DNA of 64,000 bases from Lobosporangium transversale (lineage: Eukaryota). Below are positions 1 to 13,033 of this stretch, in pieces. How positions within the stretch are numbered: the first letter of the stretch is position 1; each line of letters starts with the position of its first letter. The stretch spans positions 186,001 to 250,000 of the forward strand of contig NW_019029022.1 in NCBI RefSeq assembly GCF_002105155.1. The letters are read 5' to 3'. The notes beneath the pieces are model-generated. The model did not search any database and was not told where the DNA came from. It worked only from the letters and a program-made list of their open reading frames with translations. Both the position numbers and the translations under genes were made by a program.

Positions 1-1755
1 TGAATCGTTTTTCATCCTCATTCAAGACTTTCTCGAGTGCATAGTCTGGTCCGAACACATACACAAGATCAAGACCATGATGCGCACCCCAGCCACGGCC
101 AACAGCATCCACTGCCTCAATAGAGCGTTCAAAATAATACTGAAATAACTTGAACCTTTCTTCTCCCTCCTTTGAACCCTCGCGCAACGGCTGTGTTGAT
201 GGTTGGGAGGACCTGTCCAGGTCTTTGCGCTTGGAGAGTGCTCGTAGGATAGAAAAAGTAGGAAAGGTGAAGTGGTAATCCTGCAATACTCGTGCACACA
301 TTCGCTTTGCATCCGAGTCGGTCTTTGGTTTTCCATACACCTTTTCCCACAGCTGTCGGCTGGTTTCATCAGGGGGACAGAATTTTTCGTACAGTCTCGG
401 TAACCCCTCTACTGTTTCTACCCCAAGGGCTGATACGAACATAATCATCTCGTGCAATGTGGCTCCAATCATGACAGCTCTGACACCTTGGTCGAACATA
501 TCGGTTTTATGAATCCGTAAGCGTACGTCTTCAGGGATCATCACTCCATCCACATAGGGTGCGAACATTCGAATCTTCGCAGAAGATGCGATTTGTCCCA
601 ACTCTTTACCGGGCACTTTTTTCAGTAGCTCAAGCTTCTCTTTCCCAGATAGCTCCTTAGGGATATTAAAGTGATTGACCAGATAATCGAAATATATTTT
701 CCCTTCCACATGAGGCCGGATAGCTGCAAGGGTAGTCATAGCACCGGAATGCATAATTGCCCGGTGAAAGAGACCATGATGCTGAGGAGTCAACGTATGA
801 CAATTGATGCTTATAGCACCAGCTGATTGACCCATAGCCGTGATATTGGAGGGATCACCACCAAAAGCTGCAATGTTGTTGTGGACCCATTCAAACGCAA
901 GACGTTGGTCTTGAAGTCCCCAGTTCCCGGTAGCCCTCTCGTAATCAGTCTTGAGATTTGGATCCGACTCAATATCTGCAATAAGCTCTGGACAAGAGAA
1001 GAACCCGTGGAAGTTAAGTCGATAGTTGGGAACAACCACAATCACAGGACGCCCTAGCTTTGTTGCCTGGCGGACCAGATTACTGCCATCTAAAATAGCC
1101 GACTCTTTTATTTAATAACTGCTTTCTTCCCCCTTTCTTTCACTCATTCATTCATTCTTTCTCTGATCCCTTAATGTGAGAAGGAAAGATTATAATTTTA
1201 AATGCATATCAAATCTTACCATAGAGCTCCATAACATTGGCGCCATCACTAAATCCACCTCCATGAATATACACAATGACAGCTACACCTTTGCCCTTCG
1301 CTTGTGCTGCCTCGGTTACTTCCTTTTTCAGTGTATCCTCATGCACAAAAACGTTGAGGTTCAGACAGTTCTTTTCATCAAACTTCGTAGTCTCGTCGTC
1401 AAAGTCGATAAGTGAATAGGAATTAATCACTCTTGAAAAACGCACTTCCCCTTTTGGTTGAGGACAGACAGGCCTAAGGAGAAGAACAGGAAACCCATAC
1501 AGAAGTTCATTGGTATGCATTTCTTTTTTCTTTTATTTTCTTTTCTTTTATTTTTATTTTTTGGATCCATATACCCCAATTTGGTCGCATCACGAACACC
1601 GGTCCATGGCTCAGGCTTAACAGCAGGCCGCCACCTCTCATGAACGACACCGAAGGGAACATTCAAGAAGCGAACAACATCTTTGTTTGGATCCAATGCA
1701 CCTTGGATAACACCTTGGTTTGCAATGTGAATCTGAGTTGTGTCTGATGGCTCAT
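1..1755 (-). CDS. Type-B carboxylesterase paralog 1 (3 exons; 3' end runs off the window)
   Basis: Exons at ~1576-1755, ~1219-1472 and 1-1089. Motifs: FLNVPF..RWRP, EKNCLNLNVF, IHGGGF, NYRL, GNWGLQDQ, nucleophile elbow GQSAG (~817-831) and GAHHGLDL. The ATG at 1753-1755 is out of frame with exon 1 (see findings). Confidence 0.88.
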
Positions 1756-3261
1756 ATTGGAAAAAAAAAAAAAAAAAAAAAAAAAAGTAGAGGAAAAAGG
1801 GAACGGAAGTAGGATATAACTTGAAAAGAAAGAAAAGAAAGAAAGAGATGGAGTGAGAGAAAGAGAGGATAGGGTAGGAAGGGCATCTTTTTCTACGAGC
1901 CCCGCAGTAAGGAATTTTCTCTTAAGGTCATTTGCTTTATGAACCCATCTTGCCTGAAACTATCGGCCTTGGATCCAGAGCTTGAGTGCACAGTCATTCT
2001 TCTCTTCCAATTTAAGAATATATTTGAACCTCTTTAATTTGAATGTAAAACATATATTCTTGTCATGCCATAACATCTTTGCGTCCCCCTCATCAATTGA
2101 CATTTTCTAGATAATTGGTTCCTGAAGAGACCCCTGTTGAGCTTCGTAATGGCATGGTCGCAAGAACGATTTCCTAAGAAGCCGTTTCATTACCGATAAC
2201 TTAATCATTTACAATTAATTCTCAGGGCCTTCCTGGATGCTACCGAAGATCCGCGTTCGTTACAACCATGCAATGGCTTATTAGTCGAATATATATTTTT
2301 GGATAGGATAAAGCATCTTACTTCCCTAATTGTGGTAAAATATCAAAGCTAGAGAGGCATGGCTGCACATTACAGGTATAGAGAGCCCTAAATCCATCAT
2401 AACTTGAAACTCGGATTTTTCAAAAAGCCTTATTGGAAGATGTTCCTCATTAATCAAAGTGAGCATTGACCATGGGATATGTCGGACGTGAGAACGATGA
2501 GATCACGAATAAATATGATGACAAGGAATGCTTGGTCCATAACAGATGATGACATTATCATTGACATGCATTAATGAACACGCGCAAAAAGAAACTGTAT
2601 TAATTTCACATGTCCAAAGTTGCCAAGATTTTTTTTTTCTTCTTGTCTTGACTGTACCTAGATTTGTGCTGACAATGCAAAAATAGTAGAAAAGTCCAGC
2701 TGGACGTTGGCAAGGATCCGTAGGTCATTACTATGACCCATCATTATTATATTGTCCTCATCATTACTCTCACTATCATTCATTCTACAGAAGTTCCAAA
2801 GCCCAGTTGTCGTCTAAATACTTATACGTATACTAAATATACCATGGGTTGTATATTTGAGAAAATACGCTCACATTTTCAAGGTGCTCTCAGCCGGACT
2901 TTCCACTTTTTATTCGCATGCAAGGTTAGAGTAGCATGATTTAATGTGCTTTTGAACATTGTTCGGGCGTTCAAACGAAAGAGAGTGTACATGTACGCCG
3001 ACCGGAGAAGCATGTGCTGAAAGACGAAGAAATATAAAAGTATCTCAACAGACATGTCCTGCTGCCCAAATGTTTCCGTTTCTGTCTTTTTTTTTTTTTT
3101 TTCTTAGTGCTCATCTCCATTCGACATTCTTCATTCTCCATTCTTCATTCACATTCACCGCTTGTTCGACAAAAATAAGATATCAGGGAAATAGAGAAAA
3201 AGAAGGCCTGAATGTTATTTTAATTTAGCGCAGGCATATATACATTCCAATTGATCAGATC

Positions 3262-3721
3262 ATGGATCCCCTTGATTACTACGCACTATTGAACTTGGTG
3301 GATGCCCCTGGCGTTGTGGTAAGTCAACACAACATTAATGCATCCTACGACCAAGAATAGCGTCGTATTGGCCTTGATTCTTGCTGAAAAGGGTTTTTAT
3401 TATTGTCTATTTGTCCTACCTGTCGCTAATACTTTCATTCTTTTGTGTCATTGTTGTTGTATTTGCCATTTGTTGACATTGTAGCCAGGCCGTGACCCAA
3501 AATGTCAATATGTTCAAACACCATTAAAATCTTCTGCAAATGCATCTACTCCTACTTGGGGATGTCCTGCAGGGTAAATAGCCAATACGAGGCAATAGCT
3601 CCCTGCATTTACTGACATTAAGCATTGGTTAAGTGTTGTTCTTCTAACTTGATACTCTGTTATTAGACATTTTTGCGTCTCGCCAAAACATTCAGCGCCC
3701 TGCACGCCTGTAAGTAGTCGA

Positions 3722-3754
<33 letters not shown>

Positions 3755-6700
3755 ACATATGCCATTTTTCTGACACTTGGTTTTTATCAACTGATAAATA
3801 GGGCTTCTACTGTCCACCCAACACAGCTCAGCCCATGTACTGTTGTCCAGGCTATTATTGCTCCAATGACACGACCACTTTGACAATCTGTCCCCAGAAT
3901 CAATACTGTCCAGCAGGATCAGTAGGAGGAGGAGTATGGATAGTTTTTACAACCTGATTGTCTGATGTTTTGATTTTTGTTCTTTTTATTATGAAAAGAT
4001 CTAATTGACATATACTCTATACTACCTCTGCTGTCATTACTGCCGCTACTACAATTAGGTCTCCTGCTTATGGCTCGCCTCATGTCCCGCGGGTAGTTCA
4101 TCGGCTTCCAAGTTTGGGCTGGTTCTTTTTGTTATCATTTTTATCATTGGTATTTACATTGTTTTCTGGATCCACAAACGATTTGAACGAGTCCGTACTC
4201 AGCATCTTGAGAAGCGGCTACGATGGATCCATAACCATAATGCCAATCATGACAACCTGTTGATTGAGGATGAGCAGGACGACGACGACGACGACGGCTG
4301 CAATGATGAAAAAAGTAGTGGATCTGGTACTCATGATGATAATGGTAATAGCAACAGTCGCCACAGGATACGTGATCAAGTCATTGATATTGATGGCAAC
4401 AAATCTACGCCGCACCGTTCAGATTCCGATCGAACAGCTGTAGGAGAGACATCACCATCATCAAAGCCTGTAGACGATGTCCCTCAAAGACCGAAGCTGA
4501 GGAGAAAAGTGACAAAGGTCACTCACTCGTTCGACATTGAGTTTGAGCGCCTCAGCTTGACTCTTTCAAATGGAACTACCATTCTACAGGTAAAACGTAC
4601 TTTCGTTACTACATTGAAAAATAGAGATCATTCTCAAAACACATTCGCTTACTCGATCCAACTGGTATCCCAACACCTGTATACCTTTACCAACGCTAGA
4701 ATGTATCTGGCCAGCTGAAGGCAGGAAGGAGTTGCGCCATCATGGGCCCTTCAGGGTCCGGCAAGACTACGCTTATCTCCATCCTCACATCGAAAATGCC
4801 CAAGAACGAAGGTCGCGTTCTCATCAACGGACAAGAAGAGGATCTTAGCCATTACCGTAAACTCATTGGATATGTACCTCAGGACGATATCATGATGCGC
4901 GAGCTAACTGTGCATGATATCCTCTTACACTCTGCATACATGCGCTTGCCAGCCAAACTCACGAAATCACAAATGACGGAAAAAGTACTGGAGATTGTTG
5001 ACTTTCTGGGTTTAAACTCGGTAATGGATTCTGTAGTAGGTGATGCCGAAAAGCGAGGTATCTCTGGAGGCCAAAGGAAGCGCGTCAACATTGGTATGGA
5101 ACTTGTAACAGACCCTAGCATCTTGTTCCTGGACGAGCCGACCTCGGGATTGGATTCAAGTACAAGTGGTGATGTCTGTAAACTCTTGAGGGCCATTGCG
5201 CGCAAGAAGGGTCTCACAGTCGCTGCTGTCATCCACTCTCCCTCGCCCGTTGCATTCGACCAATTTGACGACCTCTTGCTCTTGGGCCACGGTGGCCGCG
5301 TGGTATTCCACGGACCCAGGACTGAAGCGCCAGCTTATTTCTCTGCCATCGGTTTTCCCCTACCCAAGGACTCTAGCCCTTCAGACTTCTATATGGACGT
5401 GATATCAAATAATGTCAAATCCAAGATCTCTAAAAACTTCAAGCCCTTCTACCTGCATCGCTATTGGGAATCGTACTGCAAGCGCGCACAGACATTTTAT
5501 GCAGCAGGCAACAATGGCGTGGAATATAGACACCCATCACCTTATACTTCAAATCCATCATTACTCCATCTTAATTCGCGAGCTTCAGGTTGCCATAGTT
5601 TGGATCAATCCGCAATGTCGGTACAGCATCAGCATAGACCAGAGCTATCAGCCATGCCCAATATGAGTGGTGCCTCATCGCCAGCGCTGTCTCCTTCTTC
5701 TGTGCATAGCCCGGGGGCGGTAGGGCCGTCATCTCTCCATCCCTCGTCAGCTTCCCGCGTTGGCGATGAGAAACGCCATAGTCAACACAAGAGTGTAACC
5801 AGGGTCCGTGACTTGGCTCTTGAACATGAGCCTAAATCCGGTTCGTCTACACCTCGAGCTTCCATGGCCCTATCTGAGTTTCACTCCATGTATGATTCGC
5901 CGCCTTTACCAGAGAAACTCACCTGGGTAGAGACGACCAAAGGGGCGCTCCGCATATTTCTCATTGACAGTCGTATGTGGTGGCACGGGGTTTTTGCAGA
6001 GACCAAGGAAACTGTTTTGGGGCTCTTTCTTAAACGCAGAGACCCTATCCGTAACACTGCATCCCCATTCAAGATGTTTTGGCTATGTCTATCTCGTGCA
6101 CGCCTGCAGATTTACAGGAGCCGGCGTCAGTTCCTCTACGACCAGCTCTTGCACCTGGGCTGTGGCATGTTCATCTCAATTGCTGCCTCAAAGTTCGATT
6201 ATCTCGGTCGACAACATGACATGGTCTGTGCAATGACTCCATTCCAGCTCAAGCCCAGCTGCTTCAGTCCAACGGACCATTTGGCAGAAGTCGGTGTCTT
6301 TATTGCACTCGGTGTTTGCTTTGCAGGCATTTCGGTGGGATCTGTCACTTTTGGCAACGAAAAGCTGGTCTATTGGCGCGAGAAGTCTTCGGGTCTACTC
6401 ACGCTCCCTTATTATTTAGCCAAAGTGATTGCTGATATCCCTCGCATCGTTCTTGCCGGAATCATGTTCTCAATCTCATTGATTATCTTCTTCAACGAGC
6501 GATCCAATTATTTCTATCTATTGTTTATTATCATCATGCTGTATGCTATAGCCTTTGCAATGGGCTATCTACTATCAGCCTTGATCCCTGCTCAGCGCGT
6601 GGCGCTTGTGGGAACAGGATTTACGTTGGCTTGGGCAATTGTGTTTTCGGGTGATGCACCTGATTTGGCTGATGTGATGAGCGATAGCGCATCGGGCGGA

Positions 6701-6937
6701 TATAGAGCGACATCATGGATCTGGACAATCTCTGCACCTAGGTATGCTATTGAAGCGATTTACTTGCGGGAAGTGCAGGCGAGGCCGTGGGTCGAGATTC
6801 AAAACGCTCCTCTAGCTCACACATATAAGCTAGACCAGTTCTGGTGGTGTTTTAGGGCCATGGCTTGTATTCTACTTGGATGGCACGTTTTAGCATTCAT
6901 CAGCTTCAAACTAAAAGATCGATCCAAGCAACGCTAG
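3262..6937 (+). CDS. ABCG (White-family) half-transporter with Cys-rich extracellular N-terminal repeats and a TM helix before the NBD
   Basis: Walker A GPSGSGKTT, signature ISGGQRKRV, Walker B LFLDEPTSGLD and a C-terminal ABC2 TM domain. Short upstream GT-AG exons encode WGCPAG/HFCVSP/GFYCPPNTAQPMYCCPGYYC/CPQNQYCPAGS. The start codon is uncertain. Confidence 0.9.
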
Positions 6938-7697
6938 AAAAAAAAAATGTATAGACTACCACAATACCTTAATAACTTAATTAAAAGTCTGTTGGCCACT
7001 TTAACGCCCAGCTTTCAAAAAGGTTAAAACGTTATTATGAATGGCCTTAATTTTTTCTGAAACTGACAAATATGAACTCTTTCGAAAAAAAAAAAAAAAC
7101 TTTTTGAAAAAAGGGGGGAGATACAGAGTCCTGAGAAAACAAAAAAGAATTCTCCGAGCAACTCGCTGAAAGGGCAAGATGCATGTCTAAAGAATTTTTT
7201 TTTTTTTTTTTTTGAAGATTACAAAACAGCAAACCCAAGGAGACAAAACATGTGAATGATTAAGGTTACTGGGAGGGGGCTTGGCAAAAACGCGAGAGCA
7301 AGAGCTTATTTGGTTTGTAAGGACATGACAAATAAAACACTGTGCAATTATATCTACACCTAAACCATTTTGCTACAACCTCATCTTCTAAGCTGCAAAC
7401 GGAGGGGGAGGACATCTTTGTGTACATGTTCATGTTACACGTCGAATGCAGGTGCATGTATATATCCTTGGAAGTCTTTTTTTTTTTTTTTTTTTTTTTT
7501 TTCACTCTCCATCTACATTTCCTCTTTTCAGGCTCTCTATTTATCTCTCTTTCCTTTTTCTCTTCACTTTCTTTTCCCTCTTTTACAGCTCCCATCATCC
7601 ACTTTTCAACTCCTCTCTCCCCTCTTTGTTTCTTGCATTAACATAATAGCCATAGAGCACTAATAATCAGTGTTCAATCCTCTCCAACTTACCGACT

Positions 7698-9723
7698 ATG
7701 GAGTCTAATACCAGCAACAGCAACTTCAATGTTGCTCTTAATGATCCGTCGCCAGGGCACCATCACATCCATCATAGTGCATTGGATAATATGTTGAATG
7801 AGGAACTGGTTGATGCACAAGATGCAGCCATTGCTCGTGCAGAGGAAGCAGAGGTAGCAGCAGCAACAATAACAGGTCAACAACAAAATCAACAGGGAGA
7901 TGGATCATATTTTGTTCCAAAAGGAATCCAAAGTGAATATGATGGCGAAGCAGTTTCAAGATCGGTTTTGAGGCCACCTCTGCATTCAGCCCCACCTTCG
8001 TATGAAGAAGGAATTGGACATCGATTGAGATGTCATGCAAAGCTGATGCGTCATCGAGACCGAGATACAAAGGTCACGAATGTGGAGCTGTTCTTTGACC
8101 TGGTCTTTGTCTATGCCAGTAAGTGGCCTCCTCTTTTATTCATTTATCTTTACATCCATGCTGTATACATGAACATTCGTATGGACGCATAAAAACCAAT
8201 AAATAACAAAAAAAAAAAAAATTACTAGTCAGCTCCATCTCTCATACTATGGAAGAGGATCTCAGGTGGGAAGTGATACTCGAAATGTTACTTGTCACAT
8301 TAGCTGTCTGGGTAGGTTTTTTTTTTTTTTTTTTTCTGTCGTGCAAGCAACTGTTTTTTTATTGTTTGTTTGTTTGTTGTTGAACTGTTGCAGGAGTGGA
8401 AATGGCTTCTTTTTTCTAACTCTAATTTTGCTTATTGTGCCGACTAAAAAAAAAAAAACGCGTCTGTTCATTTCCAATAGTGGGCTTGGGTATTCAGTGC
8501 ATGGGCATTCAACTGGTTCGTATCTGGATACTGTATCAAGCGCTTTCTTTTTTTTTTTTTTTTTTTTTTTGTCTGTGTCATTATTAACGTAAAAGTTCCT
8601 TACATCCATCTACTTAGGTTCAATCCAGATTCATATCTGGTTCGATTATTGTTATTAGCATTGATGTTGATCAGCTTGGTCATGTCTGCAGTTATCTCGG
8701 ATGCCTTCCACGACCATAGTCTTCTCTTTGCTGGGATGTATGTGTTGATCCAAGTAGGGCGGAACGTTGCTGCAGTCATTGCACTTCATAAGCACAAACT
8801 CCAATGCAATTTCCTTCGACTGATGGCATGGTTCACATTTACGGGAGTGCTATGGATTGTGGGTGGTGCCTTTGGAGGCGTTGCAAGGAATGTCTTGTGG
8901 ACCATCGCTATTGTGCTTGAATATATCTCTCCAGCTTTGGGTTTCTATACTCCAGGCCTTGGCAAGTCTAAATCCACTGACTGGGATATTCATGGAGGAC
9001 ATCTCGCTGGTAAGGCTTTTTCCTCCCTCATCACAAGAGTCATAAAAAAAAAAGAGAGAGAGGACAGTTCACTAATTTTTTACCTTCTCACTCTTTTTTT
9101 TTTTTTTTTTTTATAACTTATAACTGCTAGAGCGTTGCTCTCTTTTCATCATTATTGCTCTGGGTGAGTCGATTGTAGTCAGTGGCGACACCTTCAAAGA
9201 AGTGATTTTCACAACTACAGGTTGTGCCATGTTTTTCGTGTCATTTTCTGGAGCAGCAGCAATGTGGTGGATCTACTTTCATACTGCCTGGAACGAAGCC
9301 ATCGAATACGTGGAGCAATCAGACGATCCTGGCAAGATGGGTCGCCTTGCTTATACATATATTCATGTGATAATGGTGGTTGGTATCGTCTGGTGTGCTG
9401 TTGCGGACCGACTCAGCATGATGCACCCACACATGGTACCTCACCATGAAGGACACGAAATTGATGTGGCCATCATGATTGGAGGCCCTGCCTTATTTGT
9501 GTTGGGCCATGCTTTATTCCGAAGGACATTCAGCTCAAGGTTACCAAAGGCTCATCTAGTGACCATTATAGCTTTCCTCTGTGCTACACCCATTGGCCTC
9601 TTCTTGCCTCTCTGGGCTACAGCGCTCACGACTACAGCACTGCTGTTATGTTTGGGTTTCTATGAGTCGTATTTTAGATGTCATATCCTTCCTGGACTGC
9701 ATCGTCATCATTCAGAGACTTAA
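7698..9723 (+). CDS. ltrA: LtrA (low temperature requirement A) family membrane protein, 5 exons
   Basis: Motifs VTNVELFFDLVFVYA, WWAW..W.FNWF, GLGKSKSTDWDIHGGHLAERCSLFIIIALGESI, AMWWIYF and AYTYIH. Exons join at GT-AG introns. Confidence 0.88.
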
Positions 9724-10385
9724 ATAGAATGCTATATCTTTGTTTTATTATTTATTTATTTTGATATAACATTAATATATAAATGGTATCCTACAACCAA
9801 AATCACTAGACAAAGCGCGTCAATTGTCAGTTAAAATATATACGTTTAATTCATGAGCCACAAATCGTTAAAACCTTGCATAGTTAATGCCAGCCAATAG
9901 TTTTCAGTTTTGTTCAGGTGGATTTTTTTTATTTTTTTATTTTAGCACAAAGCGTCTCAGAGTTTGAATTCCTTCTCTTCGCATTCATTTGGGATCATGT
10001 AATGTTTATTAACATGAAAATGTCGGGATATCCTTTTTCTTTTCATGTGGGAATCATTGTCGCGATTACGGGAGTAGTATCATCATGATCAGACATTAAT
10101 ATGAACAGGAGAAAAAAAAAAAAAACATCAATTATTACATGAGATTACAAGTGGAGCTTTTTTCTTTTATAAAAAACAATCATGTCGAACCTTTGATTCA
10201 ATGCTATGAATTATTCGATCAACACGGACATGGACTTTTTTTTTTTTTTTTTTTTAAAAAAAAATGGGATGCTACAATCAGTTAAGATGGATTGGAAATC
10301 ATAGCATTGGGACCATGAGAGAACCATCAGCTAATGAATTTTTCCTCTTGTCGGAATCCCCACTGTCTCGTCTTTTTAGTTCAAA

Positions 10386-11101
10386 ATGTCGGCTGATCTT
10401 ACCTGGTAAGACCGAATCTTTTTTTTATATTTTTGTGCCTGATTAAGGGTGTCGCAATTGGAAAGGAGGATAATAACTAAGGGTGGAAAGGAGGATAATA
10501 ACTAACGACCGGGCATAAAATCTCTCCTATTGGGCATTCTATCATGTAGGCTTCTTATCAAGAACAACAACTCCTTCTTGGTCAAGCGCAATGGCGTTCA
10601 GTTCTCCTCGGAGGCTGGTAACTTGTTGAACAAGAACTCGTTCAAGTACTCTGGCCTTGCCAACAAGAAGGTATATGACCAAAATATACACAAAAAAAGA
10701 GATAAAAGCATCTAGTTGAAATGACATTGATGGCATATGCAGAAAAATCGAAACTTGTTTTTTTTTATACCTCTTTGAGCATATCGTCATCAATGTCGTC
10801 GCTCTGTTGGTCTTTTGTTATAAAAAAAGATCAAGAACGCGACATTTGATATCAACTTTCAAAGCGTAATATTTCTCTTATCTTATATATTAACTTTCCT
10901 GATGGCCGTTTTATGATAGACTGTTGACATTACCGCTGCTCCCTCTGGCCGCGGTGTTGTCGTTGCCACCAAGAAGGCTAAGGTCTCTGCCTACAAGCCT
11001 GCCAAGACCATCACCAAGGTCACCCTCACCAAGGGTATCCGCAAGTCTGCCCGCTCTGTCGCTGGTCTTACCCGCAATGGTTACCGTGCTGATCTTCGCC
11101 A

Positions 11102-11139
<38 letters not shown>

Positions 11140-11321
11140 GAGCAGAAAAAGTTGCAATTTTTTCTCTTTAACGCGTATTGAAAACAACCATTTCTTTTTT
11201 TTTTTTTTTCTCTTTTAAGGCCGCTCTTGCCCGTGTCTCTGCCCTTCTCAACAGCCAGAAGCCCGTCAAGGCTGCCCCCAAGAAGACCGGCAAGGGTATC
11301 CGTGCTGCCAAGAAAAACTAA
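10386..11321 (+). CDS. RPL28: 60S ribosomal protein L28 (eL28), 4 exons
   Basis: Spliced product [62 protein letters not shown]...[17 protein letters not shown]...KKN*. Strong codon bias. Confidence 0.95.
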
Positions 11322-12009
11322 ATGCAGAGCCATCCCTTTGATCTGTTTGAAAACAAAATAAAATGAAGTCATTTGGATATTACACAATTGAAAAATAAGA
11401 AGAATTAAATCTCTTTGAATGGTCACGTGAACGAAGCAAGTCAAAATCAATTCAAAATGGTACTGTGCGAAGCAAATAATTAATCCTTCTCTTTCTCATC
11501 CAAAAAAAGGTGCATAATTTAAAAAAAAAGGCATCCATCTATCATAATTTATGAAGATATCATCCATTGAGAAATACACAAACATATTCTTATAAATATC
11601 GACAATCGTTGTCGATATTAAAAACATTGTTATATAGCAGGACTCGACTCGGTCTTATCCGCTTCTTTTTTCTTTATTCTGCTGAGAAGCCTTTACCAGC
11701 TAATGGGTAGTAGGCAACAATGCAGGCTTTGGGCTTGAAAGAATCAACATTCTGAACAACATCGACAATGCTATTTTTTCCACCTTTTCACTAAACTCCA
11801 AAAACGCAATAGATGATGAGTTGGCCATCAAATTATCGAATATATGCTTTATTATTTAAAGGAACAGGAGAGATGGTTCATGACAACTTGGATATTGACT
11901 AAGCAATAAGGACAATCAACATTAATATCAAGGATCAGCATACAATCGACCCTTACTCCATCCCCCATGGCTTTTTTTCTAAAAAAAAAAAAAGAAATCT
12001 AACGATTAA

Positions 12010-13033
<1,024 letters not shown>

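Noticed and set aside
7047..7663. Phe-rich or Lys-rich ORFs here and throughout the ORF track
   Set aside because: They are artefacts of poly-T/poly-A tracts in introns and intergenic DNA.
10721..10847. H/ACA snoRNA in RPL28 intron 2
   Set aside because: Two hairpins and a trailing ACA exist, but there is no ANANNA H box between them. It is reported only as a structured intron.
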